A stretch of 46,226 nt of DNA from Octopus bimaculoides (lineage: Eukaryota), in contig NC_068982.1 of the NCBI RefSeq assembly GCF_001194135.2, forward strand, positions 58,598,056-58,644,281, read 5' to 3'. Within the stretch, counting starts at the first letter, position 1; the number at the start of each line of letters is the position of its first letter. Positions 1-13,459 of this stretch are shown one piece after another. Under the pieces are notes generated by a model. That model did no database searches. It was not told where the DNA came from and was given only the letters and a program-made list of their open reading frames with translations. The translations under genes and the position numbers were made by a program.

Positions 1-153
1 GTTGGCGTTAGGAAGGGCATCCAGCTGTAGAAACTCTGCCAAATTAGATTGGAGCCTGGTGTTGCCATCCGGTTTCACCAGTGCTCAGTCAAATCGTCCA
101 ACCCATGCTAGCATGGAAAGCGGACGTTAAACGACGATGATAATGATGATGAT
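1..153 (+). mobile_element. 3' end of RTE-tailed retroposon (family A); 5' end lies outside the window
   Basis: AGGAAGGGCATCCAGCTGTAGAAA motif typical of RTE-type 3' tails, ends in (GAT)n; a near-identical piece recurs inverted at 2147-2247. Confidence 0.7.
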
Positions 154-192
154 GATATATATATATATATATCTATATATATGTATATATAT

Positions 193-556
193 ACTCTTTT
201 ACTCTTTTACATGTTTCAGTCATTTGACTGCGGTCATGCTGAAGCACCGCCTTTTGTCGAGCAAATCGACCCCAGGACTTATTCTTTGGAAGCCTAGTAC
301 TTAATCTATCGGCCTCTTTTGCTGAACCGCTAAGTTACGGAGACATAAACACACCAGCATCAGTTGTCAAGCGATGTTAAGGGGACAAACATATACACAC
401 ACACGACGGGCTTCTTTCAATTTCCATCTGCCAAATCCACTCACAAGGCTTTGGTCAGCCTGAGGCTATAGTAGAAGACACTTGCTCAAGGTGCCATGCA
501 GTGGGAATGAACCCGGAACCATGTGGTTGGTAAGCAAGCTACTTACCACACAGCCA
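193..556 (-). mobile_element. tRNA-headed SINE, family B
   Basis: Reverse complement of TGGCTGTGTGGTAAG head, GGTTCATTCC B-box, ACCTTGAGCAAGTG CORE-like segment, (GTAAAAGA)n tail; about ten homologous copies in the window. Confidence 0.9.
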
Positions 557-879
557 TATATAATGTTTAATGAACACATTTTAATGGCACACACAGCATT
601 TTTCATTGCAGGGTTGGTGCTTTCATGCAATCTTCAGGCCATACTCACATTCACATAGCATATGCAAACTAAAACAAGATGATAGCTTGTATATGCCTTG
701 TGAGCACAACCCAAAGACTGCATCAAGACACCAGATGTGTTATAAAATGCTGTTTATGTTGTCTTCACTGTATGAAACTGTTAGTATCTTAAAAAAATAT
801 TTACTATGCTCATTAAACAATATTTGTCTCACACCAGATGAAGTACATTTTTTTGTTGATCTTATCTTTACAGAACAGT

Positions 880-1235
880 ATACTATATATATATTTTACT
901 GCTGTATAGTGATAGCTGATGGTATTTCTAATTATCACATTGTGTCATGTTCTGCCGACTTTAAGCAAAGATTACGTAACTACCTTTCTTCATTCAAAAA
1001 GAGGGAAAAAATAAATTGTACAAGTTTGAGTAGTTTCATCTAGACTCTAAAAGATAGGGACACTACATATGATATTAAATGGGCATTTATTAGTAGTGCT
1101 TTGCTATATACTATTGGGAATTTGAAATGCGATCTATGCTTAGAAGAAATATTCCATATCATTACCTCTAATGGTAAGTTATTAAATTGCAGAAACGAAG
1201 TAAGAGTAAAATGCACTTATTCATTTAGAAAAGTA
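880..1235 (+). pseudogene. Penelope-like element GIY-YIG endonuclease relic
   Basis: One frame across a single TAG (1041-1043, where W is expected): IFYCCIV...YHIVSCSADFKQRLRNYLSSFKKREKINCTSLSSFI*TLKD...IKW...KCDLCLEE...LLNCRNEVRVKC, matching the PLE EN pattern FKxRxxNHxxSF...TxLSxYIW...CxLCLxEK...LLNxRxE. Confidence 0.8.
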
Positions 1236-1888
1236 TTTTTAAAACAAGGATTTTTAATTAGAAATCATGTACATAAGTTAACCAAGCCAAATAATAATCA
1301 CAAATTTACTTGGGTTAGATTTTAACAAAGTCAGACTAAACCTCATAATAATGACTTGTTTTGTGTGTGAATTGAGACAAAATATGATTAAGATTTCAAT
1401 TTACTTCATTCATCTCAATTAATACTAGACTTCTAATATTCAAAAAAGTATAAAACTTTATTGCTATGGACAGCTCTGATTATCTAAATTGGAATGATAA
1501 CAATTTCCTCTTACTTTTTCAATTCCTTTTAAATCTGTCCATTTATCTTAAACGGTATCATATTATACTCATTATGAGTGGTCAGTGACATGAATGCATC
1601 CTGACCTTATTGGGGTTTTTCTTCTACTACTAAGTGTATTAAATAATCTATTCCCTTAATATCTAAAAAAATCACTTCTAAGTTTGAGTGATTGATACCA
1701 GAATTATAGTCGTATCGTATTTCAAGGCAAACTTATCTGTTCTGTATCCTGGAGGTTTTATGATCTTTCACCTAGGATATACTTTAAGAAGTATTATCTA
1801 ATACTTGAATTCTCTGTTCACATCACCCACCCAAATGGATAAAACCTTGAACAAAGTTGCATAGCAATGTCTACCTTGGATGAATATG

Positions 1889-2249
1889 TACTCTTTTACT
1901 CTTTTACTTGTTTCAGTCATTTGACTGTGGCCATTCTGGAACACCGTCTTTAGTCAAGCAAATCGACCCCAGGACTTATTCTTTGTAGCCCTAGTACCTA
2001 TTCTATCGGTCTCTTTTGCCAAACCGTGAAGTTACGGTGACGTAAACACACCACCATTGGTTGTCAAGCGATGTTGGGGGGGGGGACACAAACACAGACA
2101 CACAAACATATACACACACATACATATATATATACATATATATATATCATCATCATCATCATCATCGTTTAACGTCCGCTTTCCATGCTAGCATGGGTTG
2201 GACGATTTGACTGAGGACTGGTGAAACCGGATGGCAACACCAGGCTCAT

Positions 2250-2298
<49 letters not shown>

Positions 2299-2466
2299 TA
2301 TGACAGGCTTCTTTCAGTTTCTGTCTACCAAATCCACTCACAAGGCTTTCGTCAGCCCGAGGCTATAGTAGAAGTCACTTGCCCAAGATGCCATGCAGTG
2401 AGAATGAACCCGGAACCATGTGGTCAGTAAGCAAGCTACTTACCACACAGCCACTCCTGCGCCTAT
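1889..2466 (-). mobile_element. SINE family B, full length, with nested family A fragment
   Basis: Head, B-box, body and CTCTTTTA tail align to the other B copies. Confidence 0.9.
2147..2247 (-). mobile_element. 5'-truncated family A (RTE-tail) insertion inside the central microsatellite of SINE B
   Basis: 1 mismatch over ~83 nt versus positions 52-134, plus (CAT)n tail on the + strand. Confidence 0.85.
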
Positions 2467-3179
2467 GTACTGCAAATGAATCAACTAAATGCACATAAAT
2501 GCTTCATCAAGTACATGTCAAGTCTACATCATTGCCCTCTTTAACAGTCTGTCACCCACCTGACACACCACCACTCACCTTTCATCATCACACCTGTATC
2601 ACACATCCATCTTGTTTTACACCTCTTTATCACTCATTTAGCCACTGCTCAACCACAGCTAATCACATATTTTTATTGCCTCTACCCTTATCTCTCATGC
2701 TCTGAGTACTCATCTCTTAATTATTCATTTCTCTTCTCAATCTCAGTGTATCACTGGAATGACTAAGGATGCTAGTGGATGTTACTGGAATGACTAAGAG
2801 CACTAGTGGATCTTCTCTTTACACCATACAGTGCTTCCAGAACAACTAAGGATTCCATTGCACCTGTGACCCTTTTGCTTCTCTCATCTTCATTTCCCTC
2901 ACTGTGTCAACTATCAACATCATTTAACGTCTGTTTCCCATGCTGGCATAAGTTTGACGGTTCAGTAAGAACTGACAATTCAAACGACTACGCCAAGTCA
3001 CTGCTGTCTGATTTAGCATGGTTTCTTCCTAAGAGTATGACTGCACCAGATACACAAATACATCCTGCAATCTACCAATACTCCCTATTAGATATCGACA
3101 ATCATTATTCATCCTCACCATTCATCTACCCCTTGCTATCTATTATGCTCTCAACCCAATTACCTTTAGTGATGGTGTG

Positions 3180-3434
3180 ATGGTAAAATGTACCCAATAC
3201 ACTCTGTTAATTATGTGAGGCAAGAAGTAACCTTTAGTCTAGCTGAAGGTGTAACAGCTTCCCTAGAGATGTTTCCAAAAAATGAAATGTATCAAATATA
3301 CTGTGATGTTGTTGGTGACAGGAAGGGTATCCAGCCCTAGGAAACAAGCCAAAATTAAACTTATGATTGAGATGTGGACCTCTGACTCATGCAAGCACAT
3401 AAAGTAGACATAAAATGATGATGATGACAATGAT

Positions 3435-3435
<1 letters not shown>
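3180..3435 (+). mobile_element. Degenerate family A-like retroposon
   Basis: TTGGTGACAGGAAGGGTATCCAGCC motif and (GAT)n tail. Confidence 0.5.
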
Positions 3436-3479
<44 letters not shown>

Positions 3480-3772
3480 ATGATGGCAAAAATATATATA
3501 TATAACAATGATGGTAAATTTGAAAATCCTACAAGACTAGGTAAAAAGTGCTTTATATATGATTTATAAAACATGTGACATATTAATAAAAATCTGTAAA
3601 TGTACAACCATCCAGATTTCTGAGTACCTTAATTTTTTTCTAATATATAATTCCTGTACATCACCTCCAAACCTTCCAATATATATTTATAGATACGCAC
3701 ACACATACAATATACATAAACACAAAATACACACACACACAGGCACACACAGACACACACACACACATATAT

Positions 3773-4195
3773 AGGCACAGGCATGTCTGTGTGGTAAAAA
3801 GCTTGCTTTCCAGCCACATGGTTTTGGGTTTAATCCCATCGTGTGGTACCTTGGGCAAGTGTCTTCTACTATAGCCTTTGGGCCGACCAAAGCCTTGTGA
3901 GTGGATTAGATTGATGGAAACTGAAAGAAGCCTGTCATATATACATATATATACGTGTGTTTTTATATATTTATGTGTGTATATCTTTGTGTCTGTGTTT
4001 GTTCCCCCATCATCGCTTGACAACCAATGTTGGTGTGTTTGCATTCCTTGTAACTTAGCACTTCAGCAAAAAAGACCAACAAAATAAGTACTACGCTTAC
4101 AAAGAATAAGTCTTGGGGCTGATTTTTTTTTTAATTAAAACCCTTTAAGGCATGGTTGCAGTCAAATGACTGAAACAAGTAAAAGAATAAAAGAA
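3773..4195 (+). mobile_element. SINE family B (diverged)
   Basis: Head, ACCTTGGGCAAGTGTCTTC, central microsatellite, GTAAAAGA tail. Confidence 0.85.
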
Positions 4196-4377
4196 TATTA
4201 TATCTATACACACACACACACACACACATCATACTCTATCAGGTAACATGGTGTGCGTGATATGCACTTATTTTATAAAAACAAATACTGTTTGCCTGGC
4301 TGTGAAAAGTAAAGAAAAAAGATAATATCATAATATCATCATCAGCAACAACATCTTTATCATCATCATAAAAAACT

Positions 4378-4545
4378 AGGAGTGGCTGTGTGGTAAGTAG
4401 CTCGCTTACCAACCACATGGTTCCGGGTTCAGTCTCACTGCATGGCACCTTGGGCAAGTGTCTTCTACTATAGCCTCAGGCCGACCAAAGCCTTGTGAGT
4501 GGATTTGGTAAACAGAAACTGAAAGAAGCCCATCGTATATATGTG

Positions 4546-4597
<52 letters not shown>

Positions 4598-4794
4598 TGT
4601 GTCCCCCCAACATCGCTTGACAACCGATGCTGATGTGTTTATGTCCCCGTCACTTAGCGGTTCGGCAAAAGAGACCGATAGAATAAGTACTAGACTTACA
4701 AACAATAAGTCCCGGGGTCGATATGCTCGACTAAAGGCGGTGCTCCAGCATGGCCGCAGTCAAATGACTGAAACAAGTAAAAGAGTAAAAGAGT
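4378..4794 (+). mobile_element. SINE family B (young, full length)
   Basis: AGGAGTGGCTGTGTGG head, GGTTCAGTCT B-box, (TG)n centre, AAGAGTAAAAGAG tail. Confidence 0.92.
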
Positions 4795-4826
<32 letters not shown>

Positions 4827-4970
4827 AGCTTCATTGCTACCAATATCATCTTTATTGTTATCAACCTTATTATAATCATGCCTGCCCAGTCTCTACTGCT
4901 ATGGACGTCCTCACCATCGTCATCATCATCATCACTGTCATCACCATTGTTGTCATCATCTCTGTTGTCA
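4795..4970. repeat. Imperfect (CAT)/(CAG) trinucleotide repeats
   Basis: Directly visible. Confidence 0.8.
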
Positions 4971-5231
4971 AGTGGTCATCTCCTTGCAATTCATTTGGGT
5001 CAATTCAACTCAATCACTTAATCAAGAAAGGGTTTTCATTACGGCCAAATGTTGACCATTCCTGGAGGGAGAGAAACCTGATTGTGAAGATATTCAACAA
5101 AGCTGGCAATTAGAGAAGCTGGCTTGCTAGCTGTGAGTGGGTCAGTGTAGCCAGTGGCCATAGCACCATAGGTGAAATGGCAGTAAACTAACTAAAAACA
5201 ATGAAGATGGACACTGTCTTTAGGGTATGTG

Positions 5232-5960
<729 letters not shown>

Positions 5961-6277
5961 TGAAACAGATAGTTTAATAAACACGGGTATAAACACATAC
6001 ACACTCACTTACACACATACATATTTTATGGTGCTGACAGGCGATCTCAAGTAGGTTTATGCTTTCTGCTGTGGGAAGTGAGCCCTGCCTTGCTGTGAGC
6101 TATGACTCCACAATCACCACAAATGAAATCATTTGAAGAAGGTTCTCAATGGTGTCTCTGCTTAAGATTCAGATGAAGTTGATCACAATGTTTCTGTCTA
6201 CACAATATTTCAAATTGTTTTAAACTAGTGAAAGATTTTTTTTTTTTTTCCAAGCAAGATCTTCTTCTCAATGCTTG

Positions 6278-6497
6278 AAGGTGGTGAGCTGTCAGGATAA
6301 TTAACATGCTGGGCAAAATTCTTTGTAGCATTTTGTCTGTTTTTGTGTTCTGAGTTCAAATTTTGCTAAGGTCAACTTTGCCTTTTCATCCCTTTGGGGT
6401 CTATAAAATAAGTACAAGTTGAGCACTGGGGTTCGATGTAATCAACTTATCCTCTCCCCAAATTGCTGGCTTTCTGCCAAATTTTTAAACCAATATA
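6278..6497 (+). mobile_element. SINE family C (diverged)
   Basis: AAGGTGGTGAGCTG head, GAGTTCAAAT B-box, GCCTTTTCATCC...AAATAAGTAC central module, AAACCAATAT-type tail. Confidence 0.8.
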
Positions 6498-6683
6498 AAG
6501 CTTGAAGTTATCTTTAAACTGATTATTGTAATGTAAGAGAGGGTGATCTACAACACATTTGCTGTTCTAGAGCTGACCATAAAACAGCTATTTGGTGTGT
6601 CTATCACCTTTCATCCAAACCAATTGCCCTACCCATCTCAATTTTATCATTATTGTATGTATGCACATGTATCTGTATAATAC

Positions 6684-6714
<31 letters not shown>

Positions 6715-7124
6715 TGTTAACAACATGGATGGCAAAATGAAAATATGGAATGATCATTAGTTTGTAGATCAATGAGAGGAATGAAAGTAAAAGGCTTTAA
6801 TGTTTCAGACTGAAGCTCTTTCTCAAAAAGTTAGACAGAAGGAAAGGTGTAGAGCAAGGGAAAGTAACAGGAACAATGGATAATGCATGTTAGTCTGTAC
6901 CAGGCCATGTTGAAAATTACTGGATGAGAATGACTGGAAGTAAAATGGAAGAAACACATTCATGTATGCATCAATGTGTCTAAATTTGGGGTGATGCCAT
7001 TCAAGAGGAAATCTGTGTTTATGCAAGTGGGTTTAAAGTGTGGGGTTGGGTTTAAAGAGGGAATGCAAAAGTGATATGGAAGGTGTGTATGCTGTGAATG
7101 GGGAAGCAAGGGATTTGGTGTTAT

Positions 7125-7498
7125 CGTTTATCTATTTCAGTCATTAGACTGTGGCCATGCTGAGGCATTGCCTTGAAGAACTTTAAGTCAATAGGTACCA
7201 TCCTGGTACCTATTTTATCAGTCTCTTTTTGCTGAACTTCTAACTAATGGAAATATCAACAAACTAACACCAGTTATCAAGCAGTGATGTGGGACAAACG
7301 CAGACACAAAGGCACACACACACACACACACATATATATGAAGGACTTTGTTCAATTTCCATCTACTAAATCCACTCACAAGGCTTTGGTCAGCCTGAAA
7401 CTGAAGAGATTTGCTCAAGATGTCATGCAGTGAGACTGAACCCAAAACCATGTGGCTGGGAAGCAAGCTTCTTACCAAACAGCCATGCCTGTGCCTAT
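7125..7498 (-). mobile_element. SINE family B (old, CpG-decayed)
   Basis: Aligns to B copies along its length. Confidence 0.75.
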
Positions 7499-7609
7499 GT
7501 ATATTTTGTCTTGTGTGTATTTTCTTGTGTTCATATTTTGTTGTAAAATACTTTGGATGTATATGCATTTGTGTAGGTCATGTGAAGTGTATGATGATAA
7601 TGTGCATAT

Positions 7610-8560
7610 TAAAGAATATAGAAGTCCATGGGGTGAATGTTTACAGAAAGAAAGTAAATTCATTTTCACATTGGAGATGTGAGTTTGATGATCACTCTGT
7701 AGGACTAACCCAAGCACTAAGAGATGCCAGATAGGCTGGTGCATAGGGTGAAAATTATATGAAATAAGAGAATCATTACTAAGATTGATGTTTTGAATGT
7801 GTTCAATGAAACAAGTTGACAAAAACCATCCAGTTTGTCCAATATACAGAGAGTTGCAGAGGGAGACATTTAAACTTTTTAAACAGAGGTGCATATGAAA
7901 CTTTCTGTTATGTGGAAGGGATTATCACTGAGACCTTTGCAGAAGATGATATTGGAGAGAAAGAGAGAGGTGCAGCAATGGACACAAAAACAAAGAAAGG
8001 ATACAGGCTGGATATGGGGAATAGGAAATAAACAATGGATGAGTAGATTACATAGATTAGGGGTGTGCTTAAAGGTAGAAGAGGAAGGAGAATGGATTAG
8101 GAATATATAGGAACCAATGTGGTTGGATTGGACAATTCAGAATGTACATAAGATAGTGTACTTGAGGGTGAGTAGATGAGAAAAAAAGCAAAGCAGATGT
8201 GAAAGGATGGAAGTGAGAGAGGAAGGGAAAGATGTATGGTCGATTTTCTGAATGCAAGAAAAGATGACTCAGACTAGGGTGGAGGTTATTTGTGCCGCAT
8301 TAAGTGTTCGACCATGTATTGAGATGGTGTCTCAAAATCATGGTCAAGGCTACAGAGATGATGAGGTGGAGGAACTGAGAATAGGAGAATGAAGCGTTTG
8401 ATATGAGTGAGATGGCAAGAGATGAAGTTGAAGTAAGGATGGGAGTTGGTGAGTTTGTAAACGATGGAAAGGGTGAGGAGAAGGGACAGAAGAATGCAAG
8501 TAAAAGGCATTTCGTGAGAATTAACAATGGTCAATTCAAAAATGGTGGAGGAGTGGAGAG
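7610..8560 (-). pseudogene. Penelope-like retroelement relic: RT C-terminal region, linker and GIY-YIG endonuclease
   Basis: IVYKLTNSHPYFNFISCHLTHIK...LCSLDHDFET (PLE thumb pattern YxKPTDSHxYL..S.HP.H.K) followed by FHITESFICTS and SLYIGQTG...FIEHIQNI...SPHGL; frameshifts and stops present. Confidence 0.8.
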
Positions 8561-8602
8561 TTAATGAAAGAGATGAAGATGTAACTTTGATCATTGAAGA
8601 TT

Positions 8603-8732
8603 GAGAGAGAGAGAGTGAGAGAGAGAGAGAGAGTGAGAGAGAGAGTGAGAGAGAGAGTGAGAGAGAGAGTGAGAGAGAGAGTGAGAGAGAGTGAGAGAGT
8701 GAGAGAGTGAGAGAGTGAGAGAGTGAGAGAGA
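8603..8732. repeat. (GA)n/(GAGAGT)n microsatellite running into a gap
   Basis: Directly visible. Confidence 0.95.
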
Positions 8733-9657
8733 NNNNNNNNNNNNNNNNNNNNNNNNNNNNNNNNNNNNNNNNNNNNNNNNNNNNNNNNNNNNNNNNNNNN
8801 NNNNNNNNNNNNNNNNNNNNNNNNNNNNNNNNNNNNNNNNNNNNNNNNNNNNNNNNNNNNNNNNNNNNNNNNNNNNNNNNNNNNNNNNNNNNNNNNNNNN
8901 NNNNNNNNNNNNNNNNNNNNNNNNNNNNNNNNNNNNNNNNNNNNNNNNNNNNNNNNNNNNNNNNNNNNNNNNNNNNNNNNNNNNNNNNNNNNNNNNNNNN
9001 NNNNNNNNNNNNNNNNNNNNNNNNNNNNNNNNNNNNNNNNNNNNNNNNNNNNNNNNNNNNNNNNNNNNNNNNNNNNNNNNNNNNNNNNNNNNNNNNNNNN
9101 NNNNNNNNNNNNNNNNNNNNNNNNNNNNNNNNNNNNNNNNNNNNNNNNNNNNNNNNNNNNNNNNNNNNNNNNNNNNNNNNNNNNNNNNNNNNNNNNNNNN
9201 NNNNNNNNNNNNNNNNNNNNNNNNNNNNNNNNNNNNNNNNNNNNNNNNNNNNNNNNNNNNNNNNNNNNNNNNNNNNNNNNNNNNNNNNNNNNNNNNNNNN
9301 NNNNNNNNNNNNNNNNNNNNNNNNNNNNNNNNNNNNNNNNNNNNNNNNNNNNNNNNNNNNNNNNNNNNNNNNNNNNNNNNNNNNNNNNNNNNNNNNNNNN
9401 NNNNNNNNNNNNNNNNNNNNNNNNNNNNNNNNNNNNNNNNNNNNNNNNNNNNNNNNNNNNNNNNNNNNNNNNNNNNNNNNNNNNNNNNNNNNNNNNNNNN
9501 NNNNNNNNNNNNNNNNNNNNNNNNNNNNNNNNNNNNNNNNNNNNNNNNNNNNNNNNNNNNNNNNNNNNNNNNNNNNNNNNNNNNNNNNNNNNNNNNNNNN
9601 NNNNNNNNNNNNNNNNNNNNNNNNNNNNNNNNNNNNNNNNNNNNNNNNNNNNNNNNN
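8733..9657. other. Assembly gap
   Basis: N run. Confidence 1.
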
Positions 9658-9690
<33 letters not shown>

Positions 9691-10068
9691 ACACATATGT
9701 AACATTTAATAAACTTTATTTTCTTTGCATTCATATGCACATAAATATCGATGCAGACACACTTGCACTTGTATACATATGCATGAATGTGTATATAGGA
9801 ACAGAGTAATGTAATAATGCCAACAACTTGTTTATATAAACACTATTTCCTCTTTCTTTCAGCTACCTTCTTCCTCTCAGTCTCTCCTGTATACAGATGC
9901 ATAATTACATATACATGCATGCATGAACACATACACACCTATATGCATATATATATATGCATACATACAAAGATACACCAGTGTATACTTTAAACATATA
10001 CATATACATACTAGCATACATAGTAGTTACTAACATGCACAGACACACGCATATTTATATATATATAT

Positions 10069-10221
10069 NNNNNNNNNNNNNNNNNNNNNNNNNNNNNNNN
10101 NNNNNNNNNNNNNNNNNNNNNNNNNNNNNNNNNNNNNNNNNNNNNNNNNNNNNNNNNNNNNNNNNNNNNNNNNNNNNNNNNNNNNNNNNNNNNNNNNNNN
10201 NNNNNNNNNNNNNNNNNNNNN
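10069..10221. other. Assembly gap
   Basis: N run flanked by (TA)n. Confidence 1.
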
Positions 10222-10779
10222 ATATATATATATATATATATATATATATAACATGATGTCCAAACTCTGATCAGATTGTTTCCAAATTACTCTCCAGTTT
10301 TTCACTATAGCCCAGTCATATCATGAATTAGACATTACAGATAACAGATATCCTGACTAGCATTATACGAGAAACTTAATGAGTGATATCTTTTCCTGTG
10401 AAATGGATCAGAACACATTTTGGCATGGCACCGTCCTGCTGTATTCATGAATATAGACCAAATATTTTCATGCTGTTTATTCGTATATGCATATGAATAT
10501 CTCTGTGTATATATTTTGTTGCTATGTGTTGTGTATTTGTGAGTATATTTGTATTTTGATTATAGTCAGTCTAAAGCACACACACACACACACACACACC
10601 CACACACACACACACATACATATATGTTTGTGTATATATTTTTGTAATAAGATTATTATCAGTTTAACATATGTGAGGGGGTGTTAGTGGGTATATGTGT
10701 AATCTTGCTTGACGATATGATCATATATATATATGTAGATATGTATATATTTGTATATACACATGCATCAGTTTATATA

Positions 10780-10822
<43 letters not shown>

Positions 10823-11121
10823 GTATATGTATAAATATATATTGACGTATATAATTGTATATATAGAGACATATTTGTGCACACATATATCTAACTGGAT
10901 CATTGTTTGTACATATTTATATGAATGCATGTATATGTATGTTTATATATATTAATACACTAGTTATACATACGAACTTCATCATCGCCAATGATAATAT
11001 TGATGGTATATAAATATATAAATAAATATAGCTGCATTCATATGTATGCAGAAAGATACACGCATATGCGCACCCATACAGACATAACCCCCACTGCACA
11101 AACATATAAATACCCACACAT

Positions 11122-11169
<48 letters not shown>

Positions 11170-11397
11170 GTATGTTTGTATGATGATCATATTTACATAG
11201 AAGATTGTAAAGATATTTTGCGGTTTGATAGTGTCCTTGTTAGATTCTCTTTGCCTGATACACTATCTTTCTGTCTTTATGTTTCTGTTTAATTGTATTA
11301 TTTTTACTTCTATAGTCATGCAGATTTATATTTCTCCCAGGGCCTTTCCACAGTTTTTAAAATATAACTAGCATTATGCTTTACCTTCACTACTGTG

Positions 11398-11428
<31 letters not shown>

Positions 11429-11974
11429 GCATGTATGTATGTGAACAGCAAATTTGCGTGTGCATGTACTACTACGGAAGAGGAGAAAATTACTCACTAA
11501 AAACACACTGTGCAATAGTTCATTTATTCTGTTCCAGGGGTGTATATACTGACTTGTTGTTGGTTCCTCAGACAGGAAAACTGGAAAATTAGTATAAACA
11601 TTAGACTCTGACAATGAGACGAACTATGATACTTGAGTTTAACTGAATTTACAAGCTGGCATTTGGCCTAGTGAATGGAGAAGAATGGAAAGAAAGACTG
11701 TTATGTGCACATGCATGCATAAGCAGGTATGCAGACATGCACTCAGAGATGCACACATACACATACCAGTTATGTATTGAGCTAGAAAAGAGCAGTAGTG
11801 AGAAGAGAGAAAAGAAACAAGTATAGAAAAGAAAAAGACAGAAAGGAGAGAAAAAGAGCAGAAGAAGGTGCGTGTGTATGTATCTATGCCAATCTCTCAT
11901 TTTAAGATTCCTCTAGGACAGAGACCTCGTTATTTCTACCTTTATATTAGAGGTACACAACCTGAACTTTTTTC

Positions 11975-12140
11975 TAGTTGATTACATGGACTTCAGTGTT
12001 CAACTGCTACTTATTGATCCAAAGAGGATGAAATGAAAAGTAAATCTCTACATACTTTGCAGTTAGAACATAATGTTGGAAGAAGTATTGCTAAGTATTT
12101 TGTCCAGTGTACTAAAGTTTCTGTCAACCTACTGTCTTAT
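11975..12140 (-). mobile_element. SINE family C (very diverged)
   Basis: GGTACTTATT-like and AAAGAGGATGAAA motifs in family C order. Confidence 0.5.
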
Positions 12141-12714
12141 GAAAATCTTCATTATTACAAAGCCTAATTTTGCCATAATTTGACAGCCAAATTAAAGAAA
12201 AGAAGTCATTCTCATTGCCTAGCCATCTCTTGAATTTCTGCTTTAATTTTAATTTCATCATTAGGAACCATCTTATCGTTGTACAAAATAATGCAATCAG
12301 TCAATCACACTTAGTTTGGTATGGCATTCTTAAGTTTTTGTTCCTGCTATATCATTTCTCTTTTGTAGCAATTTTCTAATTTCTCAAAATTACAGAAATT
12401 TTAAAAAAATCAGTGCTCTTGTTATTCCATTATGTCACTTAAGGATTATAAAAATCAAAGATTATGAAAAGCGTTGGAGGCAGAGAAAAGAAAATTTTTG
12501 TTGTGGAATCATTAGAACTTGTTCTATTATTAGATTTAGGAAGCATTGTTCTCTTGAAATAAATGTTGCTATGCAAGATCCAAAATTTGGGGCACAGTTA
12601 AGACAATAGTTTAAAGTCTTACTTGCCAATCTCCCAAACCATTATTCAGCAAAAGGAGAAACGTTCATTTAATCAATCAGTTGAAACAAGTAACAGAGAA
12701 AATCACACAAATGC

Positions 12715-13390
12715 CTGTTGCTTCATGTGGATGTTTCAGACAGAACAAGAACTAGTCTAAACACCATAACATACAGATAACAGGTGAATCAGCAAATGCT
12801 GATATCTAGATTGCACCAGAAATTCCTGTACATTTAATGCCTGTTATAGAAAGAGGTAAATTCCCTCAGTTTTGTAAATAATGTCAATGGATGCAGACTG
12901 TTTCTGAGATGTATATCTCTTAAACACTTATAACTCAAGAGAAGAGAAAATAAGGCATTAAAGTATAAAGTTGCAAAATACTATCTTGTATTAGTGTTAG
13001 GAGCAAATGCTACTGGAGACTCAAAACTTGAGCATTATTTGTTTATCATTCTGATAAATCAAAAATCAAGGCAAAGCATATCTAAATCTAGTTTGTAGAT
13101 GAAAATATAATGAAACAAATAAAAAAAAGAAAAAGAAAGAAAGGAAGAAAGAAAGAAAAGTCTGGATTACTGAAAGGTTAACTGAACCTACAACGTTCTG
13201 AACATTTCTATGTTCAGTTAACCATTGCTGTCAAATGTTACTGTGAGAAAAACCTCAAGCCTAAGGAACTTCTGCATTTGAACAAGCTCATTAAATTCTT
13301 TCTTACTCCAAACCTTCATTCATCTATTTGAATTTCATGAATAACTTTTCCATATTATATATTAAAAATACTAGGCCACCACACTAAACT
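12715..13390 (+). pseudogene. Tigger/pogo transposase relic
   Basis: ASCGCF...HNIQITGESANAD (Tigger ASRGWF...HNIKITGEAASAD), YKVAK...LVLGANATGDSKLEHYFVYHS (LLLGANAxGDFKLKP..IYHS) and YCEKNLKPKELLHL; multiple stops. Confidence 0.75.
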
Positions 13391-13459
13391 TTTCTTTCTA
13401 AATTGCTATACCTCTTGTAGTGGTCATTTAAATCTCATTTTTGTTAATAATAGTATTGA

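Noticed and set aside
599-870. TTTTCATTGCAG acceptor and the 5' part of ORF 606-1043 as a host exon
   Set aside because: No recognisable protein or donor site; the 3' part of the ORF is explained by the PLE endonuclease
1567-1605. TTATGAG-TGGTCA-G-TGACAT-GAAT as a hammerhead downstream of the PLE relic
   Set aside because: Both core motifs are mutated and stems I and III are not evident
2750-2812. ~31-bp imperfect tandem duplication with CTAAGGA, a possible decayed CTGAGGA core
   Set aside because: No GAAA or stems; too decayed to call
8286-9740. ORFs of 328-484 aa
   Set aside because: Open only because they run through the N gap; the real end of one is the PLE relic
10255-10480. QQDGA motif on the minus strand suggesting a Tc1/mariner relic
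   Set aside because: Single short motif with no other alignable blocks
13176-13223. 12-bp perfect inverted repeat GGTTAACTGAAC/GTTCAGTTAACC
   Set aside because: One such hit is plausible by chance in 46 kb of AT-rich DNA; no TSD
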